Of a DNA stretch of 64,000 nucleotides, positions 13,361 through 26,769 are shown piece by piece. The notes below the pieces were generated by a model that worked only from the letters and a program-made list of their open reading frames with translations, had not been told where the DNA came from and did not search any database. Position 1 is the stretch's first letter. The number at the start of each line of letters is the position of its first letter. The stretch is from Lama guanicoe. Taxonomy: Eukaryota. A program made the position numbers and the translations under genes. The DNA lies in assembly GCA_013239625.1 (NCBI GenBank), contig MU053520.1, positions 62,001-126,000 of the forward strand. Reading direction: 5' to 3'.

Positions 13361-14944
13361 ATATAGTTCCCATACAAAGCAATCATTCAGAGAACTTTCT
13401 GTAATCACCTCTTTGACAATTACTTGAATGTAAATCCCTGTTTAGAATCTGTCTTGAGGGCAAACCAGATTAAGACAATTAACATACATTATGTCAAAAC
13501 ACACACAATCTAGTGCTAACAACATGATCTCACTACAGACATTGCTTTGAATTAAAATACATTTTAACATGTCTATTTTCTTTACTTGAATAAGCAATGA
13601 GTCTTTTAAGGGCAGAAGATAGCAGGTGTAGTAATATCTCCTGGGCCTAGAGAAGTGTCTGGCAAATAATAGTTGTTCAAGGAATATTGTGAAATAAATG
13701 TATAAATGGATGAAATTGATGATTTTAAAAATATTTGTATTAATATTGATGATGTTAAGTATATCAAAGGTTATAGCTGAATCAACAAATGCTTAGATTT
13801 GCTAGCAAACAGCTATAGAAACCCCAAGTTAGTTAGGTAGAACCTAATAAGAAACATATATAATCATAGTGCCATTTAAGATTATGTAACCTATTTCTGA
13901 GAATTTATAGTGAACTGTGTGTGTAGAAGGACACTTGTTATCTGGTTTCAAGTTATGCATTGCTGTGTTTGAAAGGTAATGCTGTTTTGTATTCATACTG
14001 GAACATTTGTTGCTATAAATATAAATGTTTGAAGTATCTATAAAGTTATTTTTCATATAGGAACTGAGATTTCAAGGTTAGAATACATTATTCCCATAGA
14101 GAGAAGACATAAATGAAAATATTGTCGAACTTCCAGTGTGGATGAAGGTCATAACAATATTGCTGTGTCAAATAGAGAAGAAAAAGAAAAAAGAAAGTAT
14201 TTTGTCTAAATGGGAATGTGCCTATTGTGAGAAACTATTTATTTCTGCCATACATTGTATGTGGCATGACTACATTTGCTATCTACTAGTTTTTAATTTT
14301 GTAACTTTAAATGGGTACAGTAATTTATAGCTTGTGTTCACAATATCTCTTAGAGAGTTATATCTTAAAAAGAAAATTATTATTATCTATATTTCTTCTC
14401 TCACATCAATTTTTCCTTGGTATCAACATCAAAGGGAAATATGTGGGCAGTAGAATTATCATATTAATATTTTCCAGTAATACTGTATATTGAGTTTGAA
14501 ATAGACTAGAGAACTTATTAAGCAATTAATTACAGAGCTCCACCAAATATATATTTTATGAATATAAAATAAATTGAAGCAATTCTTTCTAGTGAAACTA
14601 GAGAAGGTACAAGTTTCATTTATTCTAAAGATAATATCCTAGACCATGATCTGGAGTTCTTTTATGAACAATAAAGAAGCCAATTAAATTTCCTATTTGA
14701 GGGTGGGTTAAATTTAATTTCCCACTCATTTTTCTGTGTCTCCAACTGTTTTGCACTTTTGCATCATCTTTCATCCTTCCTTTTTTCTTTTTACTTATCT
14801 TTCTTGCACCCTTGTTAGAATGCATGTCTATCTATTGCTTGAAGTGCTCTTCATTGTCATTCCAACTGCAGAGAGGTTTTCATCTTATCCTAGATCCTGG
14901 AAATGATCTTGCCCTTGTTTCAACAACTATATGGAACCTATTAT

Positions 14945-15132
14945 GAGAGTACAGCTTTAACATTTTCACCATAACAACAACAGCAAACTGGTAGTTATGT
15001 GAGGTAAAAAAGTGTTAAATAACCTTGTTGTGGTAAAAATTTCTTAATACAAACATATATCAAATGGCCACATTGTACACTTTAAACTTACAATGTTATA
15101 CATGAATGATATCCCTATAAATATGGAAAAAG
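14945..15132 (+). mobile_element. Old L1M 3' end fragment
   Basis: 'ttatgtgaggt...taaccttgttgtggtaa...cacattgtacactttaaacttacaatgttat...ggaaaaa' resembles L1MA/MB 3' termini. Confidence 0.6.
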
Positions 15133-16574
15133 TTACACTTTTAAAAACAACAAAAAGCTATAGAATTCCAGTCTCCCATTTCCTTTTTTGGTGATTCCTC
15201 TAACCAAGATTAGAATATCCTGATTATATTTATTTTCTGTGATAACCATAGCATATGATTCTATGATACTTCATAAATACTAAATAAAAAAGAAAAAATT
15301 CTCTTAAATTCAGGGTGAAAGCTGAATCACTTCAATAACAGAATTCTGTGGTAGAGATTTTTGCAAAGAGAAAAAAAGCAGGTAGCAATTTTCTTAACTT
15401 CTCACTTACTGGCTCTGTTTTTTTTTTTTTTTCCATTGGAGAGTATCTGGAATTCTTTGGTTTGTCAACTGGAGGGTTGAGATTTTCCAACTTAGCATTT
15501 GATATACAAGGTCATAATTTGAGTCCAAAACTGAGCTGTTAAGTTTTGAGGTGATGCATACACTGAATTATTATTATTTTTTCCTTCAACACAGAACCAG
15601 TGAAGAAACTTATACCAAAAGTTTACAGTTAAGCAAAACAAAACTTATCCAGTTCTAGAAAAGAAATGCTGTGGGAAAAACACTTCCCCATTGGTGGAGT
15701 TACTGAAAATTAAAAACAAAGATCTTCCATGTGCAGTTGGTGTGTTTTTTTTTTCTTTGCCAAAAAAAAATTTTTAAAAAAGCTATCAAGTCACTAAACT
15801 GAGTAAAAGAACAAATAAGACAATGAAATATGTGGCAGACTTACAAAACACTTTTGGAATCTGGAGGTCATAAATGTTAAGGGGAATATCAAAATGGTAA
15901 GAAAATAAATCTCAGATGACTGGCAGATCAGTTTAATAAAGCAGCAGAGAATGAATCAATGTTTAACAATTTAATCACCAGTTAATGAAACTTCTGATGA
16001 AGAGTCACAATTACTTTAAGTAATGTAGCAGGCATGTCATTCAGAGCAGTGGGGATAGATATCAAAAATCAGACTAAAAGTGTCTCCACTAACTACAAAG
16101 AAATAAACAGGGAGATGATGCATTGTGAAAGGGCTTGGACTCTATAGAGATTTCTATAATAATTCATTGTCCATGGTATGATATTATTGTTGTTTTATTC
16201 TGTTTTGTTTTCTTTCAACCCTTCTTCTGGTGAAGATATCGATAGAGTACAAGGTTTTCACTTGAGCTCTCTGCTAAAAAGGGAGGCCTTTGGGCTTTAT
16301 TATTTTTTTATTATCTTTGTGAGTGTGACCAGTCTCTGGAGGAAGCAAAAAGGGCTACAACAAATAATTTTATTCAGGTTATATCTAAAATGAATTTCTG
16401 AATAACTTATTAGGAAATAAGCAGATATTACTGTGCTTTAGTTTGTTAATCTGTCTTTTAACTCTTATAAACTTCTTTATAGAACTGGAGGGTAAACCTC
16501 TCTCTATATATAAAGTGTTGGATGACTTAAACAAATCAAGTAAAGCAGATCAGATTAGGTAGAACTAAATGTCC

Positions 16575-16707
16575 ACTTAAAACTGCAGAAAACACAAACA
16601 TGTGGAGGCTAAACAATATGCTACTGAGCAACTAATCAGTCACTGAAGAAATCAAAGAAGAAATCAAATACCTGGAGATAAATGTAAGGTGAAACATAAG
16701 GATCCAA
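16575..16707 (+). mobile_element. Older L1 ORF2 fragment, host of the full-length L1
   Basis: 'aaacatgtggaggctaaacaatatgctact...gaagaaatcaaagaagaaatcaaatacctggag' is L1 ORF2 sequence. It appears to resume briefly at ~24177-24215. Confidence 0.7.
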
Positions 16708-17950
16708 GAAAGGCCAAGATGGCAGAGTAGAAGAACTCTTGTAACTCACCCTCTCCCACAAATGCACCAAGACTCACATCCACGAACCCACTCAGCTAAC
16801 CAGAGCACCTGTGGAACTCCGACAGAACATCGCCCTCTTCAAAGACAAAGATGCCAGAATTCTGGCAGGAGAAAAGGAAAAAAGAAAGAAGAAAAGGCAA
16901 AACAGTGTGGGACTGGTCCCACGGGGAGGGAGCAGCAAAGGAGGACTAGCGCTTGTTCACTAGGTCTCCACCTCTCCAATGGAGAGGCCAGCAGGAAGGA
17001 GGGGGTGCGTCCAAGGCTTGGATCTGTACAGAGTACCCCTTGACCAACAGAACTAAGTTAAATGGGCACAGAGGGTCCCCATGACACCCAGCCTGAGATG
17101 TGAGCCGGCAGCTGGGGGGAAGGGACAGGCTGCCTGAGCCAGGCGGAGGACTGGGGTGGCTACACTGAGAAAGCCCTGGGGGTTGTTGCGCACCATGGAT
17201 GAGTGAGTACAAAGGGCAGAACAACCTGGCCCCTCCATAAAACAACACAGCTGATGTGCTCTGGGGGGAAGGGTGACATATCCCCATCTCTGAAAACCCA
17301 CAGAAGATTTTCCTATGAAAAGAGGTGGGGATCATTCACAGCCACCATATCCTCTGGCACTTAGCACTCAAGCAGGGGCGGGGTCAAAATCTGAATCCCA
17401 GCCTAAGGGTTTAACAGCCTGAAAGGCCAGATAGAGACTTGTTTATAGCCTGAGACAGATGAGATCCTTCTGCCCTGGTCCCTCAGAGAACTCGCCTGCC
17501 AAGACAAACAAGGAGCTGAGATTTTGCACAGAGCAGGAGTGGGGCTGTTCTGCAGTCTTCCCTGAGCCTGCCTACAGGGTGCAGACTGTGGTGGAGTAGG
17601 CAGCTACAAGGAGCAATGGAGCCACCAGAGCCAGGAGAGGGCGGGTGGCCACCCGCCTTCTAGGCAGGAAGGCAGCACCTGACTGCAGTGCTGGGAGGAG
17701 GTGCTATCCACCCTCCTATATGGCCAATCTGCAGCATCTGACTGTGAAATCCTGAGAAGGAATGACCTGCCTGCCCACAGTGAAGGAGAGCAGCATTTGA
17801 CCTCAGGGGTGGGAGGGGGTGTGATCTGCTTGTCTGCAGGCACTGGAAGCAGCACAGATTACAGCGCCAATGGAGGGCCTCTGGAATTACCAAGCTGAGT
17901 TCATGAAACAGGGCAAAGACAGGAAAACTTCTCATTAAGAGAGCACAGTC
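16708..17950 (+). promoter_or_regulatory. L1 internal Pol II promoter region (GC-rich 5'UTR) with YY1-type motif
   Basis: CAAGATGGC at 16715-16723 at the element 5' end, GC box ggggcgggg at ~17374, and a sharp rise in GC over the flank. Confidence 0.65.
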
Positions 17951-17999
17951 TCAGGAGAACACTACCAACACCTGCTTTTTTTTTTAAATGTGTTTTTAC

Positions 18000-18690
18000 C
18001 TGTTCTATTTTCTATAGCCTTTTTAATTTTTACTTTTTAAACAGTTCTGTATGCTTCCAGTTTTAACCCCTTTAAATGTTTTCTTCTAAAATATTTTTGT
18101 TATTATTATTTTAAAAATTCAACCTCATTTCATTTTTATTTCCCTTGGTTTTGATCTCCTGTTATTGATTATACACAGGTTGCATTTTTTTCTATTTTCC
18201 CCTTTTTTAAAGGTTTTTAAAAGACATCTCAACCTGATTGCTATTCTGCTTAAACTTGATCTTCAATTATTAATTAGACACTGTTTCAAACCTTTTTATC
18301 TCGCTTCTTTTAAAATCTTTTAGTTTATCTTTTTTTAATCTGTTCTATTTTCTATTACCTTTTCAATTTCTAATTCCTAAACAATAGTATATGCCTCTAC
18401 TTTTAATTCCAATTAATTTTTTTATTAAAGTATTTTTATTATTATCTTTAAAAATCCACTTGAATTCATTTTCATTTCTTTTGGTTTTGATCTCCTGTAA
18501 TTGATTATACACAGGTTTCAAATATTGTTTTTGATCTTCCTTCCTTTTTTTTTAAGGGTTTTTAAAAAGACGTTGCAACTTGATTGCTACTCTGATTCAA
18601 ATTGCTCTTCTATAATTCCCATACAGTTCTCAAACCTTTTTTCTCCCTTCTTTTACAATTTTATTTCTCTCTTTCTCTCTCTTTTTTAAG
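18000..18690 (+). repeat. Two diverged tandem ~340-bp T-rich units in the L1 5'UTR
   Basis: 'ctgttctattttctat' starts at 18000 and 18340. 'ttggttttgatctcctgt.attgattatacacaggtt' recurs at ~18145 and ~18481. Confidence 0.85.
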
Positions 18691-18787
18691 TTTTATTCCT
18701 ACATAGGCACTAGATAGATAAATACGTAAGCTCATTAAAGACCACAATAGATAACTGATACTCCTTAAGCCACAGTGCCAGAGATAT

Positions 18788-19670
18788 ATGAGTAAGATGA
18801 AGAAGCAGAGGAATCACTCCCAATTAAAAGAGCAATTGTCTGAAAAACAATGAATGAAATAGACATTGATAGCCCACTAGATCAAGATTTCAAAAAGGAG
18901 TGGTCAAAGTACTGAAGGAACTAATAGAGATAGTGTTTAGAGATATAAAATATGTCAAAATGAAATTGAAGCTATAAAGAGCCAAGTAGAATTGGTAAAC
19001 TCACTGGCTGAGATGAAAACTGATCTAAAGGCTGTACAAAACAGACTAGATAATGCAGAGGAATGAATAAGTGACCTAGAAGACAGAAAAACAAAATGCA
19101 CCCAATCAGAACAGCTAAGGGAAAAACAAATAGAATCTAATGAAAGCAACATAAGGGACCTATGGGATAATATAAAGCATGCCAATATTCACATAATAGG
19201 GATTCCAGAAGGGGAAGAAAGATCAAAGGTGATTGAAAAGGTATTGGAAGAAATCATGACTGAAAACTTCCCAAACTTAAAGAAGGAATAAAATATCCAA
19301 GAACAGGAAGCTCAGAGGTTCACAAAAAGAAAGAACCCAAACAGAGCCACACAAAGACATAATCAAGAAGGCAAGAGTCAAGGATAAAGAAATTATCCTA
19401 AAGGCAGCAAGAGAAAATCAAAGAGAGCTACAAGGGGACCCCCATAAGACTGTCAGGAGGTTTCTCTACACAAACACTAAAGGCCAGAAGTGAGTGACAA
19501 GATATATTCAAAGTCCTGAATGAAAAGAATGATGCAGCTTAGGATACTTTATCCAGCAAGACTATTCTTTAAGATAGAAGGAGAGAGAAAGACTTTCACA
19601 GACAATCAAAAACTAAAAGTTTAGCAACACTAAACACATGCAAAAAGAAATATTGGAAGGTCTACTTTAA
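18788..19670 (+). pseudogene. Disrupted L1 ORF1
   Basis: ATG at 18788 (MSKMKKQRNHSQLKEQ), then ORF1 motifs (DLWDNIKHANIHIIGIPEGEE, ENFPNL, ILYPARL) broken by stops and frameshifts. Confidence 0.85.
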
Positions 19671-20079
19671 ATAGAAAACAAGCAGGATGCTACAGAAATG
19701 AGGACCTCACAACTGGAAAGGTGATAATTCATGAATTACAAACAAAATAAACACAAAATTGGAAAAGAAGACATCTAAATCATTAAGAGTGGGAGAGAGT
19801 AGCAAGAAAATATAGAGTATTTTTTTCTTTGTTTTAAATTTGTTTTCTGTTCTCAGTCAGATGTGTTTGAGGTTATATTACTATCAGTTTAATAAAAAAC
19901 AGTTATAGTAATGGGCTAATAGACTTACAAATAAAAGGTAACTATAAGCCAAAAACTTACAAGGGAGTCACAAAAACTAAATGAAATCCTTGATAATACA
20001 AAGGAAAATTACCAAACCACAAAAGGAAGAAGAAAGGAACAAAGAGGATATACCAAATCAACTGAAAAATAAATTCAAA

Positions 20080-23000
20080 ATGGCAATAAGCACACAACTA
20101 TCATTAATTACTGTAAATGTTAATGGACTAAGTGCTCCAGTCAAAACACATAGAGTGGCAGACTGGGTAATAAAGCAAGAACCTTCAATATGCTGCATAC
20201 AAGAGACCCATTTTAGGGAGAAGAACACACATAGATTGAGAGTGAAAGGATGGAAAAGGATATTCCATGCAAATGGAAAAGCCAAAAAAGCAGGTGTTGC
20301 AGTACTGATTTCAGACAAAATAGGCTTTAAAACAAAGGCCATAAAGAAAGATAAAGAACATTTTTATAATGATTAAAGGAAGAATACAAGATGAGGATAT
20401 TACAATCGTTAATATATATGCACCCAATATAGGAGCACCTAAGTACATAAAACAATTACTAACAGAGATAAAGAGGGATATTGACGGGAATACAATCATA
20501 GTTGGAGATTTTAACACCACATTAACACCACAAGACAGATCTTCTAGACAGAAAATAAATAAAGCAACAGAGAAATTAAATGATACAATAGAAAAATTAG
20601 ATTTGGTGGAAATTATCAGAGCATTACACCCCCAAAAATAGGATAAACATTCTTTTCAAGTGCACATGGAACATTTTCTAGGATTGATCATGTACTTGGG
20701 CACAAAAGAAATCTCAACAATTTTTAAGAAGATAGAAATTATCTCAAACATCTTTACTGACCATAATGCCATGAAGCTAGAAATCAACTACACAGAAACA
20801 AAGGAGAACAAAATGAAAGTATGTAGATTCAGCAACATAGTATTAAAAAAAAAGGGGGTCAGTGATGGAATCAAAGTTTAAATTAAAACATATTTTGAGA
20901 CAAATGAAAATGAAAGCACAACCACACAAAATTTATGGACACAACAAAGGCAGTGGTAAGAGGGAAGTTTATGGCAATACAGGCCTTCTTCAAAAAAGAA
21001 TACTCTCAAATAAACAATCTAAACCATCAGCTAAAAGAATTAGAAAAAGAAGAGCAAAAAAACCCACAAAAGGCAGCAGAAGGAAGGAAATAACAATGAT
21101 TAGGGAGGAAATAAATAAAATACAGACTAAAAAACAAAATAGAAAATAAATCAATCAAACCAAAAGCTGTTTTTTTGAAAAGGTAAATAAAATCTACAAA
21201 CCTCTGGCCAAACTCACAAAGAAGAAAAAAGAGAGAGCACAAATTACCAAAATAAGAAAGGAAAACAGAGAAATTACAACAAATAAAATACAAATACAGA
21301 ATATCATATAAGAATATTATGAAAACTATATGGAACCAAAATGGATAACCTAGAGGAGATGGACAAATTTCTGGAAACATACAGCCAACCAAAACTGAAC
21401 CAAGAAGAAACTGACTACTTGAAGAAACCAATCACTAGAAATGAAACTGGACTAGCAATTAAAAAAAACCTCCTGTCCTGTAAAAGTCCAGGACAAGATG
21501 GCTTCACCAGGAATTATACCAAACATAACAAGAAGAACTCATACCAGTCTTTCTCAAACTCTTCCAGAAGATTGAAAAGAAGGGGATACTCCCAAACTCA
21601 TTCTATGATGCCACCATCACCCTGATATCAAAACCAGGCAAAGACACTACCAAAGAAGAGAATTAAAGGCCAGTATTACTGATGAACATAGATGCAAACA
21701 TCCTCACCAAAATATTAGCAAATAGAATCCAACAACACATGAAAAAAGTTTTTACATCATAACCAATGTGGTTTATCCCAGGGACACAAGGGTGATTCAA
21801 CATACAGAAATCAATCAATGTAATACATCACATCAACAAGAGAAAGGACAAAAACCACATGATCGTCTCAATCGATGCAGAAAAAGCATTTTATAAAATT
21901 CAACACCCATTTATGATAAAAACTCTCACCAAGAGGGAATATATCTCAACCTAACAAAAGCTATATATGACAAACCTATAGCCAGCATAATACTAAACAG
22001 TGAAAAACTCAAAAGCTTCCAACTAAAATCTGGGACAAGACAAGGCTGCCCACTATCACCACTCCTATTCAACATAGTCCTGGAAGTCCTAGCCACAGCA
22101 ATCAGGCAAGAGAGAGAAATAAAAGGGATCCAAATTGGAAAAGAAGAGGTAAAAGTGTCACTATATGCTGATGACAAGTTAGTATGTATAGAAAACCCTA
22201 AAAGGTTCACACAAAAACTAGTAGAGCTGATCGAAGAACTCAGCAAGGTAGCTAGTTACAAGATTAATGTACAAAAATCAGTTGCATTTCTTTAAACTAA
22301 TGATAAATCAACAGAAAAAGAAAGTAAAGAAACAATCCCCTTTAAAATAGCACCCAAAGTAATAAAATATCTAGGAATAAATCTAACCAAGGTGGTGAAA
22401 AAAATTATACACAGAAAACCATAAACCATTGATGAAGGAAATTAAAGAAGACTTTAAAAAATGGAAAGATATCCCATGCTCCTGAATTGTAAGAATCAGT
22501 ATTGTTAAAATGGTCACACTGCCCAAGGCAATCTACAGATCTAATACATTCCCTATCAAATTATTATGGAAATATTTCACAGAACTAGAACAAATCATAA
22601 TAAAATTTATATGGAACCATAAAAGACCTAGAATTGCCAGAGCATTACTGAAGAGAAAGAAAGAGGCTGGAGGAATAACTCTCTCAGACCTCAGACAATA
22701 CTTTAGAGCTACAGTAATCAAAACAGCATGGTATTGGTACAAAAACAGACATACGGACCAATGAAACAGAATAGAGAGCCCAGAAATGAATCCACAAACA
22801 GTTGGTCAACTAAACTTCAACAAAGGAGGCAAGAATATACAATGGAATAAAGACAGTCTCTTCAGCAAATGGTGTTGGGAAAACTGGACAGCAGCACATC
22901 AATCAATGAAGCTAAAACACTTCCTTACACCATACACAAAACTAAACTCAAAATGGATCAAAGACTTAAACATAAGACAAGATACAATAAACCTCCTAGA

Positions 23001-23899
23001 AGAAAATGTAGGCAAAACATTACCTGATATACATCTCAAAAATGTCCTAGGACAGTCTACTCAAGCAATAGAAATAAAAGCAAGAATAAAAAAATGGGAC
23101 CCAATGAAATTTACAAGCTTCTGCACAGCAAAGGAAACCATAAGTAGAACAAAAAGACAACCGGAATGGGAAAAAATTTTTGCAAATGAAACCAACAAAG
23201 GCTTGATCTCCAGAATATATAAGCAGGTCATACAACTTAGTAAGAAAAAAGCAAAGAACCCAATCCAAAAATGGGCAGATGACCTAAACAAGCAATTCAC
23301 CAAAGAAGAAATATAAATGATCAATAGACTCCAGAAAAAAATGTTCAATATCACCAATTATCAGAGAAATGCAAATCAAAGGTACAATGAGGTATCACCT
23401 CACACCATTCAGTATGGCCATCATTCAAAAAACCATAAATGACAAATGCTAGAGAGGCTGTGGAGAAAAGAGAACCTTCCTACACTGCTGGTGGGAATGC
23501 AGTTTGGTGCAGCCACTGTGGAAAACATTATGGAGATGCCAGAAAAGACTAGGAAAAGACTAACCATATGACCCCAGAATCCCACTCCTGGGACTATAAC
23601 CAGAAGGAACCCTACTTCAAAATGTCACCTGCACCCCAATGTTCATAGCAGCACTATTTACAATAGCCAAGACATGGAAGAAGCCTAAATGTCCATCAAC
23701 AGATGAGTGGATAAAGAAGTTGTATATTTATACAATGGAATACAATTCAGCCACAAAAACCAACAACATGATGCCATTGGCAGCAACATGGATGTTCCTG
23801 AAGAATGTCATTCTAAGTGAAGTAAGTCAGAAAGAGAAAGGAAAATACCATATGAATTCGCTCATATGTGGAATCTTAAAAAAAAAAATTACAAAATAG
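20080..23899 (+). pseudogene. Disrupted L1 ORF2 (endonuclease/reverse transcriptase)
   Basis: Fragments NVNGL...CCIQETH, NIYAPN...IIVGDFNT, LFSKWCWENW and MFIAALFTIAKTW lie in shifting frames. Confidence 0.92.
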
Positions 23900-25257
23900 A
23901 AACAGACTCATAGACATAGAATAGAAACTTCTGGTTGCCAAGGGGGCATGGGATGGGAAAAGACTGACTGTGATTTCAAAATGTAGAATAGATAAACAAG
24001 ATTATACTGTATAGCACAGGGAAATATATACAAGATCTTATGGTAGGTCACAGGGGAAAAAATGTGACAATGAATATTTATATATATGTTCATATCTAAC
24101 TGAAAAATTGTGCTCTTCACTTTAATTTGATACAACATTGTAAAATGATTATAACTCATTAAAAAATGTCTAAAAAATCCAAAATTATTGTTTACAGCAG
24201 AGGAGTTTCAAGAGTTTAATACCTCCTATTTCTATGAGACTTCTGTGACCATGAATTAAAATTTGTTTATTTTTCTTCTGTTGATCTGTCTTGTATCTAT
24301 TTTATTATTAGTCCAGCTGGTAGTACTCAAGAAGTCTATGCGTGGGAGTGGAATTTTCCCCATCTCCAATACAACGACAAAGTAATTGTCTGGATAGTAA
24401 GTTCTTAAAGTTATTCACTATTTAACTATCTTTTACTGATATTTTTCTCTTGTAAACAGTAAAAAGTAAAGTCTGTGAAGTATGAAAAATGCCAAAAGGA
24501 CTGCAAGTGCCTGGAAAGATCTCCAATTACATGAAATGTGAACAAGCCTATTTATGAATAAATTCCATGCTTAAAAATATCTTGATTGCTTAATTACATT
24601 TATTGTTCAGGAAATACTTAATTTGTTCCTACTTTTTATTAATATAAGACATATAACAAATATTGGAGATAGCCAGTTTTCCCACAATGAATAGATATAA
24701 TTCTACCCCAAAGTCAATGAACCCAAAGTTTTAATTAGTTTGTACAGTCTGATCTTGAAAAAGTTGCAATTTTCATTAGTGTTTTGGACATTTTCAAAAT
24801 TTCTTAAAACCATGTATACAATTATTATGCTGTAAGAAATTAGAGTCTAAGTTGCCTCCAGCAATAAAGAGATCGCTGGACCCCAGAGAACAATTGATAA
24901 GTAACCATAGTTGCAAAACTGTGAAGCCCAACAAAAATTAGCCTTAATTAGGCTTTTATCGAATTACAGAATACAACTTATTTTCCTAATAAACAGAGCA
25001 CATTTTCATAGGTTTGGTAATTTATTGTTCTACTTACCTTTTAGTTTTTTCAATTTTATTTTATTAAGCTATGATATTTTTATTCTCCAAAATAATAGTT
25101 TCCTTTTCTAAGGTACATCCCCAGAAGCAATTACTACCTTAATTAGCTTTGACTCGTTAATCTCTCCCTCTTCCATTTTGCTACCAAGTGGAGATGTACT
25201 CCCACCCACTTGTATAGCATAATACAAATATCACAATAAATTTATGTTGATTTCTTC

Positions 25258-25905
25258 ACCTTACTTTTTGAATTAAAATAATAGACTTTATTTTTAGAGA
25301 TTTTAGCAAAATATATTGCAAGGTATAGAAATTTCCCATATAATCACTGCCCCCCTCACATGTATTTCTTCTCCCATTATCAACATTCCCCACCATAGTG
25401 GTGTATCTGTTACAATTGATAAATCTACATTGAGACATCATTATCAGTCAATGTCCATAGTTTATATTAGGGGGTCACTCTTGGTGTAGTGCATTCTATG
25501 AATTTGAACAAATTTATATTGACAAGTATCCTCTATTGCCCTATCTTAAAAAATAGTTTTATGGCTCTAAAAATTCGCTATGGTCCACCTACACTTACCT
25601 CTCCTCCTCGTAGCTCATGGCAACTACTCATCCTTTTTGTTGTCTCCATATTTTTGCCTTTTCCAGAATGTCATATAATTACAATTATAATTATACACTT
25701 TGTAGCTTTTACAGATTGACTATTTCACTTAGTACTATGCATTTAAGTTTCTTCCATAACATTACATGACTTGATACCTTTTTTAAACTGTTGAATGATA
25801 TTCCATAGTTTGGATTTACCAGTTTCCCCATTCTCATAGTGAAGGTTATTTTGGTTACTTCAAAATTTGTCAATTATGGATAAAGCTGATAAAAGCATAT
25901 ATGTG
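25258..25905 (-). mobile_element. L1MC-type 3' end
   Basis: 'tagactttatttttagag...cattccccaccatagtggt...ccttttccagaatgtcatata' is the same family as, but far more diverged from, the arms at 32.3-32.7 and 35.7-36.1 kb. Confidence 0.75.
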
Positions 25906-25919
25906 CAGGATTATTTAGA

Positions 25920-26715
25920 TGACTAAAATGTATAGATTTTGTCTTTGTCTTTGTTTCTAGATCACAGCCCCCAAAAGATGGGAGCATCTTTTGTGATAGT
26001 ATTTGGTCTCTTGTCCTCAATTCCTCAAAATGCTTCAAAGCCATAAAGGTGAAATGGGTGTCTTGTTATTCATAAGAAGCACCCTTCAACCACAAGTAAA
26101 TTTATGTTAATGTGGTGGCTTTATGAAAACTCTTAAAGATGAGGGATTAGTTGCCAGAGAAATAAACCACAAATACAGGGTTGAACTTTCAGTCCCACTC
26201 TGATTCCTGGGCAGGGAGAGTGGCTGGAAATTGAGTCAATCACCAATAGCCAATTATTTAATCAATAATGCCTATGTAACAAAACCTCCATTAAAAAATC
26301 CAAAGTAGGGGGTTTGGAGAGTTTCCAGGTTGGGAAACTAGAAGGCTTCCATATACCACCATGTTATGTGGGCCTCAAACTCCATGAGGACAGAATCTCC
26401 TTTGTTCTTTTCATCTGGCTATTGGTTTGTATTCTTTAGCATATATTTTTTGTTACAAACCAGTCACTAATGGGTTTCCTGATTTCTGTGACCCACTCTA
26501 GCAAATTAATCGAACACAAGGAGGGGTCATGGGACCCTCCAATTGTTAGCCAGTTGGTTAGCTTGTTATTGGCATCTAAAGTATAGGATAGTCTTGTGGG
26601 ACTGAGCTCTTAACCAGTGAAATCTGATGCTTTCTCTTGATAGGTAGTCAGAATTGAATTGAATTGAATTGTAGGACATCCAGCTGGGATAAGAGAATTG
26701 CTTGGTGTAAATCAT
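25920..26715 (+). mobile_element. MER21-like LTR
   Basis: 'ggctggaaattgagtcaatcaccaatagccaattatttaatcaataatgcctatgtaacaaaacctcc...ggagagtttccaggttgg' matches the recalled MER21 core. Followed by (CA)n. Confidence 0.7.
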
Positions 26716-26769
26716 ACACACACACACACACACACACACATTCAAAATTGGGGTACAGATCATTTGTAG

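Larger units (their letters stand above)
16708..24176 (+). mobile_element. Full-length (~7.5 kb) inactive LINE-1
   Basis: GC-rich 5'UTR starting with CAAGATGGC (16715), ORF1 remnant, ~400-bp inter-ORF spacer, ORF2 remnant with endonuclease, RT (YADD at ~22164) and C-terminal regions, then 3'UTR and A-rich tail. Many stops and frameshifts. Confidence 0.97.

Noticed and set aside
16762..17935. Sense and antisense ORFs in the L1 5'UTR (ORF0-like)
   Set aside because: Short ORFs are expected in GC-rich sequence, they show no recognisable homology, and ORF0 is described from primates.
16708..24176. Active L1 or novel reverse-transcriptase system
   Set aside because: Canonical LINE-1 with many inactivating mutations in both ORFs.
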